From a virus: 64,000 nt of DNA. The translations under genes and the position numbers were made by a program. Position 1 is the first letter of the stretch. Each line of letters opens with the position of its first letter. This document shows, piece by piece, positions 22,403 through 31,115 of the stretch. Below the pieces are notes generated by a model. The model was not told the origin of the DNA and did no database searches. It was given only the letters and a program-made list of their open reading frames with translations. Location: positions 1 through 64,000 of the IMG/VR virus record IMGVR_UViG_3300045988_170206. The stretch is one strand, 5' to 3'.

Positions 22403-24898
22403 CTAGAAGGTGTCCCAGAAGGACTCGCGGTCGAGGTTGGCGCTTTCCTCACTGCTCAGTGCTGGCGGTTCCGGCTCGTCGCCCGTGTCGTCACCCTGGA
22501 ATGCCGACTGGAATGGATCGTCACCCGCCGGAGTCTCCTCGCGTGCGGGAACCATGTCGGTGTCGTCCTGGTCGCCGAAGGGGAAGAAAGCGTCGGTCTC
22601 TGCCGGGGCGGGCGTTGAGGGCGAGCTGTCTGCGTGCGCAGCGCCGATCCGGTCGAACATGGCCTTAGTGCTACTGCGCTTCCTACCAGAAGGACGCGGG
22701 GCTGCTGGAGCTGGCCTCGGCTCGGGAGCCGGGGGTTCGGCCTCCTCGTTAACGGGGTCGAGCTTGTCCCAGTAGTGGCCGATGTAGGACTCGAGGCGTT
22801 CCATGCCCTTCGTGTCGGGGGCGAGGACCGCTGCTCGCAGGTACGTGGGCGCGCCGTCGTTGATGTCGGCGATGCGCACTGCCACATCACCAGCGTTGGA
22901 GAGCTTGTACGGGAACTCGCTGGCTGAGTTCAGGCCGAGGTTTTCGGCGGCGCTCGCGTCGCTGGCTGACTTCGCAGTGATGCGCACGGAGATCAGCTCG
23001 GACACGCTCTTGGGGATCACGTCGTTCTTCACTCGGTGGGGGATGAAGATGGCGCGCATACCCAGGGCCGGGAACTCGGACACGAACCGCTCGATGAGCT
23101 CACGATATTCGCGAGCGTCTTCCTTGCCCATGGCGTTGGCGAGGGACATCATCTCATCGAGGACGACATACAGGAACGGGAAGGTAACTTCGGGGTGGTC
23201 ACGTCGGAACTCGAGGACGTTGACGTACCCGTACTGCTGCATGATGTTCTTGCGGCGTGGGGCTTCGGTGTTGACGAGATAGCGGAGCATGTCGATCACC
23301 GAGTCCACGGTGTACTCCTTACGACGCACGTGCGGCAGGTCGTAATTGGCGTACTCGCTGATCTGGTTCTTCGGGTCGCCGATGTAGAGGTGCAGGTCGT
23401 TGGGGCTCATGTACGCGCACATCTGGTTGAGGATGAGCTTGACGATCCAGGACTTGCCGCTTCGGGGCTCGCCGGAGACGACGATGGCGGGGGCTTTGAG
23501 GAGGTCCACGGCCTTGACACTGCCGTCGCCGGTTGTTCCGATAACGACGGGCATCTCGGTCTTGGGGTTGCGCACGAACTTCTGCGTGTCGGGGGATGCA
23601 GCATACATGTCGGCGAGGGAGATCATGTCGATCTTGGCTCCCTTGTAGATGCTGATGAACGCGCGAGAGCCGGACTCGGCGCTTGTGGCGTATGCGTTGG
23701 GGTATTCGAGGTTGCCGTTGTCGTCGTACTTGTAGATGTTGACGACTTCATCGGCGATTGCCTGGGTCTTCATGCGTGGGGTGCGGCTGATCGTCAGCTT
23801 GAACATGAAGGGGTTCTCGGAGGCATCCTTGAGGTCGGGGAGGAGATCTTCGCGCGTGCCTACCTGCTTGGCTGCGTCGCGGATCAGTTCAGCCCAGATC
23901 GCCCATTCCTTGCTGCCTTTACGGAGGTTGCGCATGTCTGCGAACTTGGGGCTGATGGACGGTAGGCCCTTCGTCAGGGTCTCGTAGATGAACTGGCGAG
24001 TCTGGGTGCCCTTCTGCATGTTCAGGTTCTCGAGGTCGGACTCGAGGGAGTCGTAGTCCACGTCCTCGGCGGGTTCCTCGTCGGGGATGAGGTCGTTCCA
24101 GTCCCAGCTGTCCGATTCCTGTTCAGGCTCAGGCTCGGGGGTGGGGGCGCTCGCGGGTTCCGGCTCGTCGAACACGGGGAGGGGCTGCGGCTCGATGACG
24201 GGGGCGGGTTCCGGCTCGGGGGCGGGGCGGCGCAGTTGCTCGCGCACGTCGTCTTTCTGGTCGATGATGTAGCCGCCGGCGAAGGTTGCGATGCCGATGA
24301 GGGCGGAGACGGCTGCGCCGACGAAGATGTAGTAGCCGACTGCGAGCGCTGGGAGGAAGTTCGATAGTAGCCACATGCCCGCGCCCACTACTGAGATAAC
24401 GCCGCTGGTCTTCATGGTGGCTGCACCCATGCCGCTCACGGATGCTGCTGTGTGGGTCTTCGCTGCGACCACAGCGGCTTTTGTAAACTCGTAGGAGTTG
24501 CGCCCGGCTTTCGACGCTGCCTGATGTGCGGCCTGGCTGATCGCCTCGGATGCTGTCTGCGGCTGCTGCCCTGACTGGCCGAAGGCTGCGGGCGGCGGGC
24601 CCTGCTGTCCGAAGGATGGAGAGAACGGGTCAGCGGACGGGCCGCCAAACGGCGACGGAGAGGGCGCGCCGAAACCGGATCGGGAGGAACCGAAGGGGTC
24701 ATTGCCGCCGCCACCGAAGGGGCTGTCGAACGAGGATGAGCGCGACGGGCCACCGAAGGGATCGTCGAAGGAACTGCTGGACGGGCCGGAGTCCATGCCC
24801 CAGATAGACTCGTCACCCATGCCGGGCGCGAACTCGGGTTCCTGGTTGCGGGCGTTGAAACGTGCGAGCGCGTCGTCGCCGTTGGTGGGGAGGGCCAT
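22403..24898 (-). CDS. FtsK/SpoIIIE-family ATPase, type IV coupling protein (TcpA/Orf21-like)
   Basis: Walker A VVSGEPRSGKSW and Walker B LYVVLDEMMSLA. Disordered FG-rich N-terminal tail, then TM segments (VISVVGAGMWLLSNFLPALAVGYYIFVGAAVSALIGIATFAGGYII), and an acidic C-terminal tail. GAAAGG RBS. Confidence 0.85.
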   Translation of the reverse strand: MALPTNGDDALARFNARNQEPEFAPGMGDESIWGMDSGPSSSSFDDPFGGPSRSSSFDSPFGGGGNDPFGSSRSGFGAPSPSPFGGPSADPFSPSFGQQGPPPAAFGQSGQQPQTASEAISQAAHQAASKAGRNSYEFTKAAVVAAKTHTAASVSGMGAATMKTSGVISVVGAGMWLLSNFLPALAVGYYIFVGAAVSALIGIATFAGGYIIDQKDDVREQLRRPAPEPEPAPVIEPQPLPVFDEPEPASAPTPEPEPEQESDSWDWNDLIPDEEPAEDVDYDSLESDLENLNMQKGTQTRQFIYETLTKGLPSISPKFADMRNLRKGSKEWAIWAELIRDAAKQVGTREDLLPDLKDASENPFMFKLTISRTPRMKTQAIADEVVNIYKYDDNGNLEYPNAYATSAESGSRAFISIYKGAKIDMISLADMYAASPDTQKFVRNPKTEMPVVIGTTGDGSVKAVDLLKAPAIVVSGEPRSGKSWIVKLILNQMCAYMSPNDLHLYIGDPKNQISEYANYDLPHVRRKEYTVDSVIDMLRYLVNTEAPRRKNIMQQYGYVNVLEFRRDHPEVTFPFLYVVLDEMMSLANAMGKEDAREYRELIERFVSEFPALGMRAIFIPHRVKNDVIPKSVSELISVRITAKSASDASAAENLGLNSASEFPYKLSNAGDVAVRIADINDGAPTYLRAAVLAPDTKGMERLESYIGHYWDKLDPVNEEAEPPAPEPRPAPAAPRPSGRKRSSTKAMFDRIGAAHADSSPSTPAPAETDAFFPFGDQDDTDMVPAREETPAGDDPFQSAFQGDDTGDEPEPPALSSEESANLDRESFWDTF

Positions 24899-24922
24899 AA
24901 CCGTTTAGGCCTTTCTGTGAGG

Positions 24923-25078
24923 TTACCGGACAGTGATGAGAGCAATGACGAGGGCGACGGCTGCGACGATGCAGGAGATCGCATGGAAGCCATTACGGTA
25001 CTTCTCGTCGAGGTCTTTGAGGGAGTGGACTCCGACGTTAGTGAGGATCAACAACATGGTGAGGATTGACCAGATCAT
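24923..25078 (-). CDS. Candidate small membrane protein (51 aa, MIWSILTMLLILTNVGVHSLKDLDEKYRNGFHAISCIVAAVALVIALITVR)
   Basis: Below the ORF-track cutoff. The ATG at 25078 is in an ATGA overlap with the stop of 25075..26142. Two hydrophobic helices. TAA at 24923-24925, 24 nt before the T4CP start. Confidence 0.5.
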   Translation of the reverse strand: MIWSILTMLLILTNVGVHSLKDLDEKYRNGFHAISCIVAAVALVIALITVR

Positions 25079-26142
25079 CGGTTCGCGTCCTTGTACTGCT
25101 CGCGGATGTAGGTTGCCACGTCAACGCCGTCAGTGTTGCGCAGGAGGTTGTCCAGATCCTTGTCGATGGACACGAGCCACCCACTGTTCTGCGCGGGGTA
25201 GCGCTGGACGGTGAGGTCGAACGTCACGTCACGCATGGGAGCGTCACCTTCTTGCGGGCCAGTGGTTTGGAGGTGATCGACGGCCTGCTGGTAGGCGTTC
25301 GTGATGTACGTGTAGACATACTGGTCGCCCTTGCTCGTGTCGGCCTCACCCTTGTTGTAGTCGCGGAGATTCTGGAAGATCGTGTCGCGGTCCTTGTTCC
25401 AGAAGGTCTTGTTGGTGAAGTCGAGCATCTTGGCGCGCACCGTGTAGACCTGCTTGTCGGTGGAGAAGTTCGCGCCGCGGGTGACGGATTGGACCTGTAG
25501 GGACAGGAGACCGAGGCGGTAGCGGTCGCGCTGGTACTGGTCCTTGTAGTCGGTGCTCGAGGCGGTGTCGGTGTCGAAGAAGTCCGCGTAGGTCGTCGTG
25601 ACGGAGGATCGACGCGAGTTCGCTTCGGCGGTGGTGAAGTCCAGGGTATTCAGGGCACGCAGGTAGGCGTAGGTCACCTCATCGGGCGGGGTGTCGGGAT
25701 TGCCGAGGGAGAGGAGGGTGCCGTCCACATCCCAGATAAACCCGGACTTCGGGGTGCCGTACTTCTCGCGCAGGGTGGGCTGCTGGTTCATGAGGAGCTG
25801 GTCAACACCGTCAGGGCCCGCAGACTCGGACGCGGATGGTGTCGAGCCAGACTGAGCGAGGGCGCGGACTCTCTCTTCATTCGCGCGCGCTGAGGACGCT
25901 GAGTGCGAGAACCAGTAGACCACGCCGATGACGACGACGAGGACCACGGGGAGAATGATCTTCCACTTGGTGCGCACGAACTTGATGACGCGCTCGGAAG
26001 CGGTGAGGTCTTCCTCCTCGTCACGCATGTTGTCGGCCACTGCGGGCTGCTGCGGGCGTGGCGCGGGACGGGGGGCTGGCGTAGGGGCCTGCTGGCGCTG
26101 TGGGGGGCGCTGCTGACCGGAGGGGGAGGCCGTAACCTTCAT
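25075..26142 (-). CDS. Bitopic membrane protein, possible VirB8/TcpC-like T4SS component
   Basis: Pro/Gln-rich cytoplasmic N-tail, one TM (WKIILPVVLVVVIGVVYWF), then a ~260-aa extracytoplasmic domain. Size, topology and position between VirB4 and the T4CP match TcpC/Orf13-type proteins. No sequence motif was verified. Confidence 0.4.
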   Translation of the reverse strand: MKVTASPSGQQRPPQRQQAPTPAPRPAPRPQQPAVADNMRDEEEDLTASERVIKFVRTKWKIILPVVLVVVIGVVYWFSHSASSARANEERVRALAQSGSTPSASESAGPDGVDQLLMNQQPTLREKYGTPKSGFIWDVDGTLLSLGNPDTPPDEVTYAYLRALNTLDFTTAEANSRRSSVTTTYADFFDTDTASSTDYKDQYQRDRYRLGLLSLQVQSVTRGANFSTDKQVYTVRAKMLDFTNKTFWNKDRDTIFQNLRDYNKGEADTSKGDQYVYTYITNAYQQAVDHLQTTGPQEGDAPMRDVTFDLTVQRYPAQNSGWLVSIDKDLDNLLRNTDGVDVATYIREQYKDANR

Positions 26143-26168
26143 TTTGACTCCCTAGTGTGTCTAGCTGG

Positions 26169-28481
26169 TTAGTTGAGGGCTGAAAAGTCCCAGCCGTCCG
26201 AAGCGGGTGCCGCTTCTGTCGGCGGCTCGACGGCGGCCTCCTGTGCGCGTCGTGAGCGTCGGCGTAGCGGTGGCCCCGCTTGGAGGAGACTGTCGATCTC
26301 GCGTTGGAGGTCGTCGGGATCCTGGAACGCTGTTGCGCCACTCGAGGCCTCCTCAATGGCGGTGTCCTCGACCGCTTCGACAGAGCCGGTCTTAAACAGC
26401 TCGGACTGTGCAATACCGTCGGGGAGTACCACCTTCCCCAGGGTAACCTCTCCAGTGGACAGCTTGATAACAAACGCGCGTTTATAGGGCGATTCTGCGC
26501 CATCTTCGGATGTTTTACTGGTCGCTGTGGCGAGCATGGTGAGTTCATCCTTGAGGTAGCCGATGCTGAGCTTGTCGGCGATTTCGTTGCGGACGTTCGC
26601 GTCACGGATCGCGCCGATAGCGACCGACTGGACGTTCTCGAAGATCTTGAGCTTCGACCCTGCATCCATGAACATCGAGGGCTGGTTGCTGATGATGAGG
26701 TTGATGTCGCCCATCTTGCGGCCACCCGTGATAGCGGTACCGAGGATACCGGCAGCGCTGGGGAACTCGGCCCAACGCTGGAGCTCTTCCCACACGGTGA
26801 CGTTGAACTTACCCTCGCGCTTGCAGGTCAGGGAACGCACGTGGTGGATCGACGCTGCGGACAGCTGAGAGAGCTGGAGCTGCACCTCGTCCACCATGAC
26901 GGTGGCCTTCGACTTCATGCCGAAGGAGCACAGGACGACGCGGGCGTTGGCTACGTCTTCGGTGGAGACTCGGTTGGAGAAGACGCTGGCGCGGGAGCCG
27001 TCGGGCTCGAAGTACTCGGCGAGCTGGGCGCGCACGAACGTAAGGGACTTGATGTAGTCCTCGTCGCTGGCGCGGTAGTCTCCCATGGCGGCTCCGGTGC
27101 GGAGTGCTTCATGGCCATCTTTGATGACCTGGTAGACGTGGTAGAGGGTGAGGCCCTTGCTGTTCTTCCAGGTGCGCGCGTCGTCGCCGAGCACGCCCGC
27201 GTCGCGGTAGACGACACTAATTGCGTTCTTGAGGATGCTTTCGGCCCACTGGTAGGTGTGGAGGTGGGAGCCCATGAGGGCGCTGAGGTAGGAGAGCGTG
27301 TAGTTCACGCCCAGGCCGTAGGTGCCGTTCTCAGCGTCGATTGCGAGGTCGCCGGAGGTCATGATCTCAACGGGGTCGAAGTAGCTGCCCTGGCCTTCGG
27401 CCATGTTGAGGATGAGGCAGGAGTCGTGGTTGGCGTAGAAGCTGACGAGCGGCGTGTACTCGTCGCCTTCCACGTCGTTGATGGTGAGTCGGACGCGGGA
27501 GTACTTCATGAGTTCGTTGAGGAGGTTCTTCACGAAGAAGGACTTGCCGCCACCTGTTTCGGCGATGACGACGAAGTTTTCCGCGTCCACGTCGTTCGCT
27601 CGGAACTTGTAGAGGATTGGGTAGCCGGAGTTCACGTCGCGGGCGATGTAGGAGCCGTGTGTGCCGATGCGGCCCTGGTCGTAGCCGGTGAAGCGGGCGA
27701 TGATCTCGTCTGAGAGCACGTTCTTTCCGACGCGACCGAAGGACTTGCGGCTGTGGTCCATGCTGAACGGGGAGAACGCAGCGGTGAAGTCAGCGAGGTG
27801 CTGGACGACACGGTTGACGGTGATGCCTCTGTCGGTGCAGAACTGCTCGATCTTCTCGAGTGATTCGTCGAAGTCTTCACCACGGATGCCCATGACGATT
27901 GCGTGGCATCGGTACTCGAAGAACTCAAGCTGTCGCTCGGTGCTGGTTGCGTTGGAGAGGTAAACAACGCTTTCTTCGCGCCACTGGTCGCGTGCGAGGT
28001 CGGTGCGGTTCTTCTGGTACTCGAAGGCGTTGTCACCGATGCTCTTGTTTTCCTCAGCGGTGTTCTGGTAATTGCGTAGGAGTGCCTTGAGTTTGGGGTC
28101 TTCCCAGTTGATCCTAGTGGGGATGCTGTAGTCCGTGAAGAACATGCGCATCGTGGGGTGGAGGCGCTTGCGCATCTCGGCGCGGAACCGCATGGGGAAC
28201 GTGGTGCTGTAGCCGTCGAAGGACAGGAATACGACGAGGTTGTCCTTGCCGGAGAAAGAGGCTCGGTTGTTCGTGTAGAGGTTGTAGTCGCGCTCGGGGA
28301 ATGTGCGAGAGTCCCGCATCTGGGTGTTCGTCGTGAACACGTCGGCCCACACGTGGTACCAGGCGATGCGGTTCATCAGATCCCAGCGTCCCACTTTCTT
28401 GGGTCGTCCGGGTTCGTGGATGCGACCTCCGAAAAGGAGACGCACGAGCGGGTTGGTCTTCTTCGTTTTCGTTGCTGCCAT
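26169..28481 (-). CDS. VirB4-family conjugative T4SS ATPase (TcpF/PrgJ/Orf16-like)
   Basis: 770 aa. Walker A VVIAETGGGKSFFVKNLL and Walker B-like FNVTVWEELQRW. Size and context are typical of VirB4. Confidence 0.8.
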   Translation of the reverse strand: MAATKTKKTNPLVRLLFGGRIHEPGRPKKVGRWDLMNRIAWYHVWADVFTTNTQMRDSRTFPERDYNLYTNNRASFSGKDNLVVFLSFDGYSTTFPMRFRAEMRKRLHPTMRMFFTDYSIPTRINWEDPKLKALLRNYQNTAEENKSIGDNAFEYQKNRTDLARDQWREESVVYLSNATSTERQLEFFEYRCHAIVMGIRGEDFDESLEKIEQFCTDRGITVNRVVQHLADFTAAFSPFSMDHSRKSFGRVGKNVLSDEIIARFTGYDQGRIGTHGSYIARDVNSGYPILYKFRANDVDAENFVVIAETGGGKSFFVKNLLNELMKYSRVRLTINDVEGDEYTPLVSFYANHDSCLILNMAEGQGSYFDPVEIMTSGDLAIDAENGTYGLGVNYTLSYLSALMGSHLHTYQWAESILKNAISVVYRDAGVLGDDARTWKNSKGLTLYHVYQVIKDGHEALRTGAAMGDYRASDEDYIKSLTFVRAQLAEYFEPDGSRASVFSNRVSTEDVANARVVLCSFGMKSKATVMVDEVQLQLSQLSAASIHHVRSLTCKREGKFNVTVWEELQRWAEFPSAAGILGTAITGGRKMGDINLIISNQPSMFMDAGSKLKIFENVQSVAIGAIRDANVRNEIADKLSIGYLKDELTMLATATSKTSEDGAESPYKRAFVIKLSTGEVTLGKVVLPDGIAQSELFKTGSVEAVEDTAIEEASSGATAFQDPDDLQREIDSLLQAGPPLRRRSRRAQEAAVEPPTEAAPASDGWDFSALN

Positions 28482-28491
28482 GGTTGTGTCC

Positions 28492-29736
28492 TTATGAGCG
28501 GGCGGCTAGGCTACCGAAGCCCTTCATGAGGTCTTCGTACTGGCTGGTCAGCTGAGCGTAGGAGCTGACGCGACGGTTGGCGTTTTCTGGGTACTGGGTG
28601 AACATGGGCACGTAGGTGAGGGTATCCGCGTAGAGGGTGTGCGAGGTGATGAGTCGTCCCCGTGGGAAGTTGGTGTAGCCCGCGACGGAGCTGAGGCCGT
28701 TCGCTGCGTACACCGTCCGCGACGCGGAGCCGGTCACCATGTGCGAGTGACTGTGGACTGTGCGGTCCACGCAGATGACGGCGTTGTAGTTGTTGTCCTG
28801 GATGAGCTTGTCGTGCAGAAGCGCTGCGGTGGGTCTGCTCGTGAAGACCACGGGGGCGTGCAGCGCAGGGTCGTCGCTGGACATGGAGTCGTCAACCCAG
28901 GGGAACTCTCGATAGTGAATGCGGGTCACTGCGGAGGGGGACTCGATGAAGATGAGGCGGGGCCGCATGTTGAGGCGGTCTTGGAGGTAGTCGCGGAACC
29001 CGAGCATGAAGCTGGTCAGGTACTTCATGTGACCGAGGTCTTTGACCCTGTAGATGGGCTTGTTGCCCTGATAATCCACCGGCGGAAAGTTCGTGATGCG
29101 CGGGCCACCGTTTCCGCTCGTGTGAGCGCTCTGGAGCTGAGCGCGAGCGGCCTTGAGCGTTGCCTCGGACCTGCGCGCGTGCTCTTTCAGGGTGGCGAGA
29201 CTGTCGTTCATGTCGCTGAGGATCCCGACGGACACCTCTGCTTGCTCACGGCGCTCTTCCTCGGAGCGCTCGTATGCGGCAATGACGTTGGATGATGACT
29301 CCGCAATGAGCGCAAGGGCTGCGCTCGGCAGAGTCTTCCCCTCGCGGACTGATTCGCGGAAGGCGCGCAGGATGTCCTTGTCGCCGGATACGTCGTCGGC
29401 GAGTACGAGGTCGGTTCCCGCTGCCAGGATCCCCTCAAGGAGGTCTGGACTTTCGAGGAGGTAGGAGTCCGTGTAGATCGCGCCGTTCAGGCCGGTGATG
29501 GCCATGGCGAGTGCCGTGTCTGGCTCGTCATTGACGTAGATGAGCTGAGCGTCTTGCAGTCGCGGGTCTTTGAGGGCAGCGATTGCTTCGGGCGCTTCTT
29601 CTTCCGTGTCGTGGATGACGACAGCTTCGACGGTCAGCGCGCTCGGCGCTGTCGCGAGGAAGTCTCTGACGGATGCGGCGATGAGCCAGTCAGGGAACCT
29701 GTCTGGCTGGATCGTCGTGGAGATGAGGGCTTTCAT
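28492..29736 (-). CDS. Hypothetical protein (414 aa): receiver-like N-domain, coiled coil, degenerate ParA/MinD-like C-domain (TadZ/CpaE-like architecture, tentative)
   Basis: ATG at 29736 in an ATGA overlap with the upstream stop (the Arg/Pro-rich extension was rejected). Coiled coil EEERREQAEVSVG...ATLKAARAQLQ. The C-terminal alpha/beta region lacks a P-loop. Confidence 0.6.
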   Translation of the reverse strand: MKALISTTIQPDRFPDWLIAASVRDFLATAPSALTVEAVVIHDTEEEAPEAIAALKDPRLQDAQLIYVNDEPDTALAMAITGLNGAIYTDSYLLESPDLLEGILAAGTDLVLADDVSGDKDILRAFRESVREGKTLPSAALALIAESSSNVIAAYERSEEERREQAEVSVGILSDMNDSLATLKEHARRSEATLKAARAQLQSAHTSGNGGPRITNFPPVDYQGNKPIYRVKDLGHMKYLTSFMLGFRDYLQDRLNMRPRLIFIESPSAVTRIHYREFPWVDDSMSSDDPALHAPVVFTSRPTAALLHDKLIQDNNYNAVICVDRTVHSHSHMVTGSASRTVYAANGLSSVAGYTNFPRGRLITSHTLYADTLTYVPMFTQYPENANRRVSSYAQLTSQYEDLMKGFGSLAARS

Positions 29737-31091
29737 CGCTGCGGTCCTGTGAGGGCTTCGATCTGTCGGATGAACGGGTCGCGGTCCCACACGATGCGGG
29801 GGGCGACGCTGGCGAGGAAGTTGAGGGTGCTCGGGTTCGCGCCGCCGGGGTGCAGCCATGCTGTCTCGGAGAGTAGGCGGCAGAGCTTGTTGCTGATCTG
29901 GTCGGAGTCGTAGATCGTGTTCAGGAGGGTTGCGAACCCTTCAGGTGACCCTTGGGGGGCAAGGAAGTGCGTCTGGGTGGGGTGCGCGTCGTTGAGGGCA
30001 GTCAGGAATGCTTCCGTCTTGCCAGTTGCCTCCAGGGGTACGTCAACGACCGTGTAGTCGAAGTAGGGGATGAATGGCAGGACGGCCTCGAGGTCGTCGA
30101 GGTTCGTGCTTTTGTCCTCCCTGCCGTCTTCGTCCACTCTCGCCCCGTTGGACATGAAGTAGATGCCGCCGTCGAGGAACGGTGAGCTCTCCTTCATGGA
30201 CGGGCGGGTGGCTGCAAATCCGTCGGCGTTCTCCAGGAACGCGAGGATTGGGTGTTCGTCTGACTGGAGGTCGATGTAGAGGACGGTGTGCCCACTCTTG
30301 GCGTAGGCATCCGCGAGCGCGGCACTGTAGATGGCTGTCTGCTGGCTGTCTGCGGATAGGACGGCGTTGACGCGGGCTCCTGTGCGGAAGATCGGCATGT
30401 CCGGGTTCGCCGATGGGGTGAGTTGCGGGGTGTGTGCACTGAGTGGCTGGAAGTCGCGTAGCTGTGGTGGTGGGCAGGCTGCGAGGCGGTCTTCGACGGT
30501 GAGGTTTTCGTCGTCGAAGAAGCCGGTGTCTGCGTGGCTTGAGCCTGCTGCGCCAAGGCTGAGGAGTTCATTGGGGATTGCGCTGGCGGCGCTGTAGGTA
30601 CGGTCGTCGCTGATGGGCTGCGAGGTCAGGGTGGGAGAGGTGATGCGCGTGTCGGTGTAGGTGTCGGCGATGTCCTTGAGCGACAGCGTGAGGAGGTCAG
30701 CGAGGAAGGAAGCCTCAAGTCTATCTGACAGTGGAATGACGAGGCTGTGCGGGTGGTTAACGTTTGCTCGATACTGGTTGATGCGGTCCTCACGCGCCTT
30801 CTTCACGAGGGCGATGCTCTCGATCTTCTCGGCTTTGCCGAGGAACATGTTGAGGATCTGTAGGTTGGTATCCAGGAGGTTGCCGGTACCAAGCGTAGTA
30901 TCGCTGTCAAAGATGATGAGGCGGTCGATGCCGATGGCGCTCGCGTCAGTGCTGGAGTAGCGTCCATTCAGCTCTACAACAGAGTTGAACACCTCGTATG
31001 CGTTGGAGTCAACCTGGTTGCGCGCGCTGCGCAGGAGCGCGTCTGCGGAGGCCTTCTCAACGATGAGCGCGATGCTCATAGCCTTTTTCAT
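29733..31091 (-). CDS. Hypothetical protein (452 aa): receiver-like N-domain plus degenerate ParA/MinD-like domain (TadZ/CpaE-like, tentative)
   Basis: N-terminus SIALIVEKASADALLRSAR...DRLIIFDSD looks beta-alpha-beta. VNAVLSADSQQTAIYSAALADAYAKSGHTVLYIDLQSD occupies the place of the ParA deviant Walker A + Switch region but lacks KGGxGK(T/S). GAAAGG RBS. Confidence 0.6.
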   Translation of the reverse strand: MKKAMSIALIVEKASADALLRSARNQVDSNAYEVFNSVVELNGRYSSTDASAIGIDRLIIFDSDTTLGTGNLLDTNLQILNMFLGKAEKIESIALVKKAREDRINQYRANVNHPHSLVIPLSDRLEASFLADLLTLSLKDIADTYTDTRITSPTLTSQPISDDRTYSAASAIPNELLSLGAAGSSHADTGFFDDENLTVEDRLAACPPPQLRDFQPLSAHTPQLTPSANPDMPIFRTGARVNAVLSADSQQTAIYSAALADAYAKSGHTVLYIDLQSDEHPILAFLENADGFAATRPSMKESSPFLDGGIYFMSNGARVDEDGREDKSTNLDDLEAVLPFIPYFDYTVVDVPLEATGKTEAFLTALNDAHPTQTHFLAPQGSPEGFATLLNTIYDSDQISNKLCRLLSETAWLHPGGANPSTLNFLASVAPRIVWDRDPFIRQIEALTGPQR

Positions 31092-31115
31092 GTTCTATAA
31101 CCTTTCGAGCGTCTG

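Noticed and set aside
26280-27713. Plus-strand ORF of 477 aa (similar cases: 23036..23965, 28639..29295, 57033..57896, 59609..61063, 45440..46213, 9041..9913)
   Set aside because: All lie antisense to minus-strand genes with clear motifs (VirB4, T4CP, kinase and others) and show antisense-type composition.
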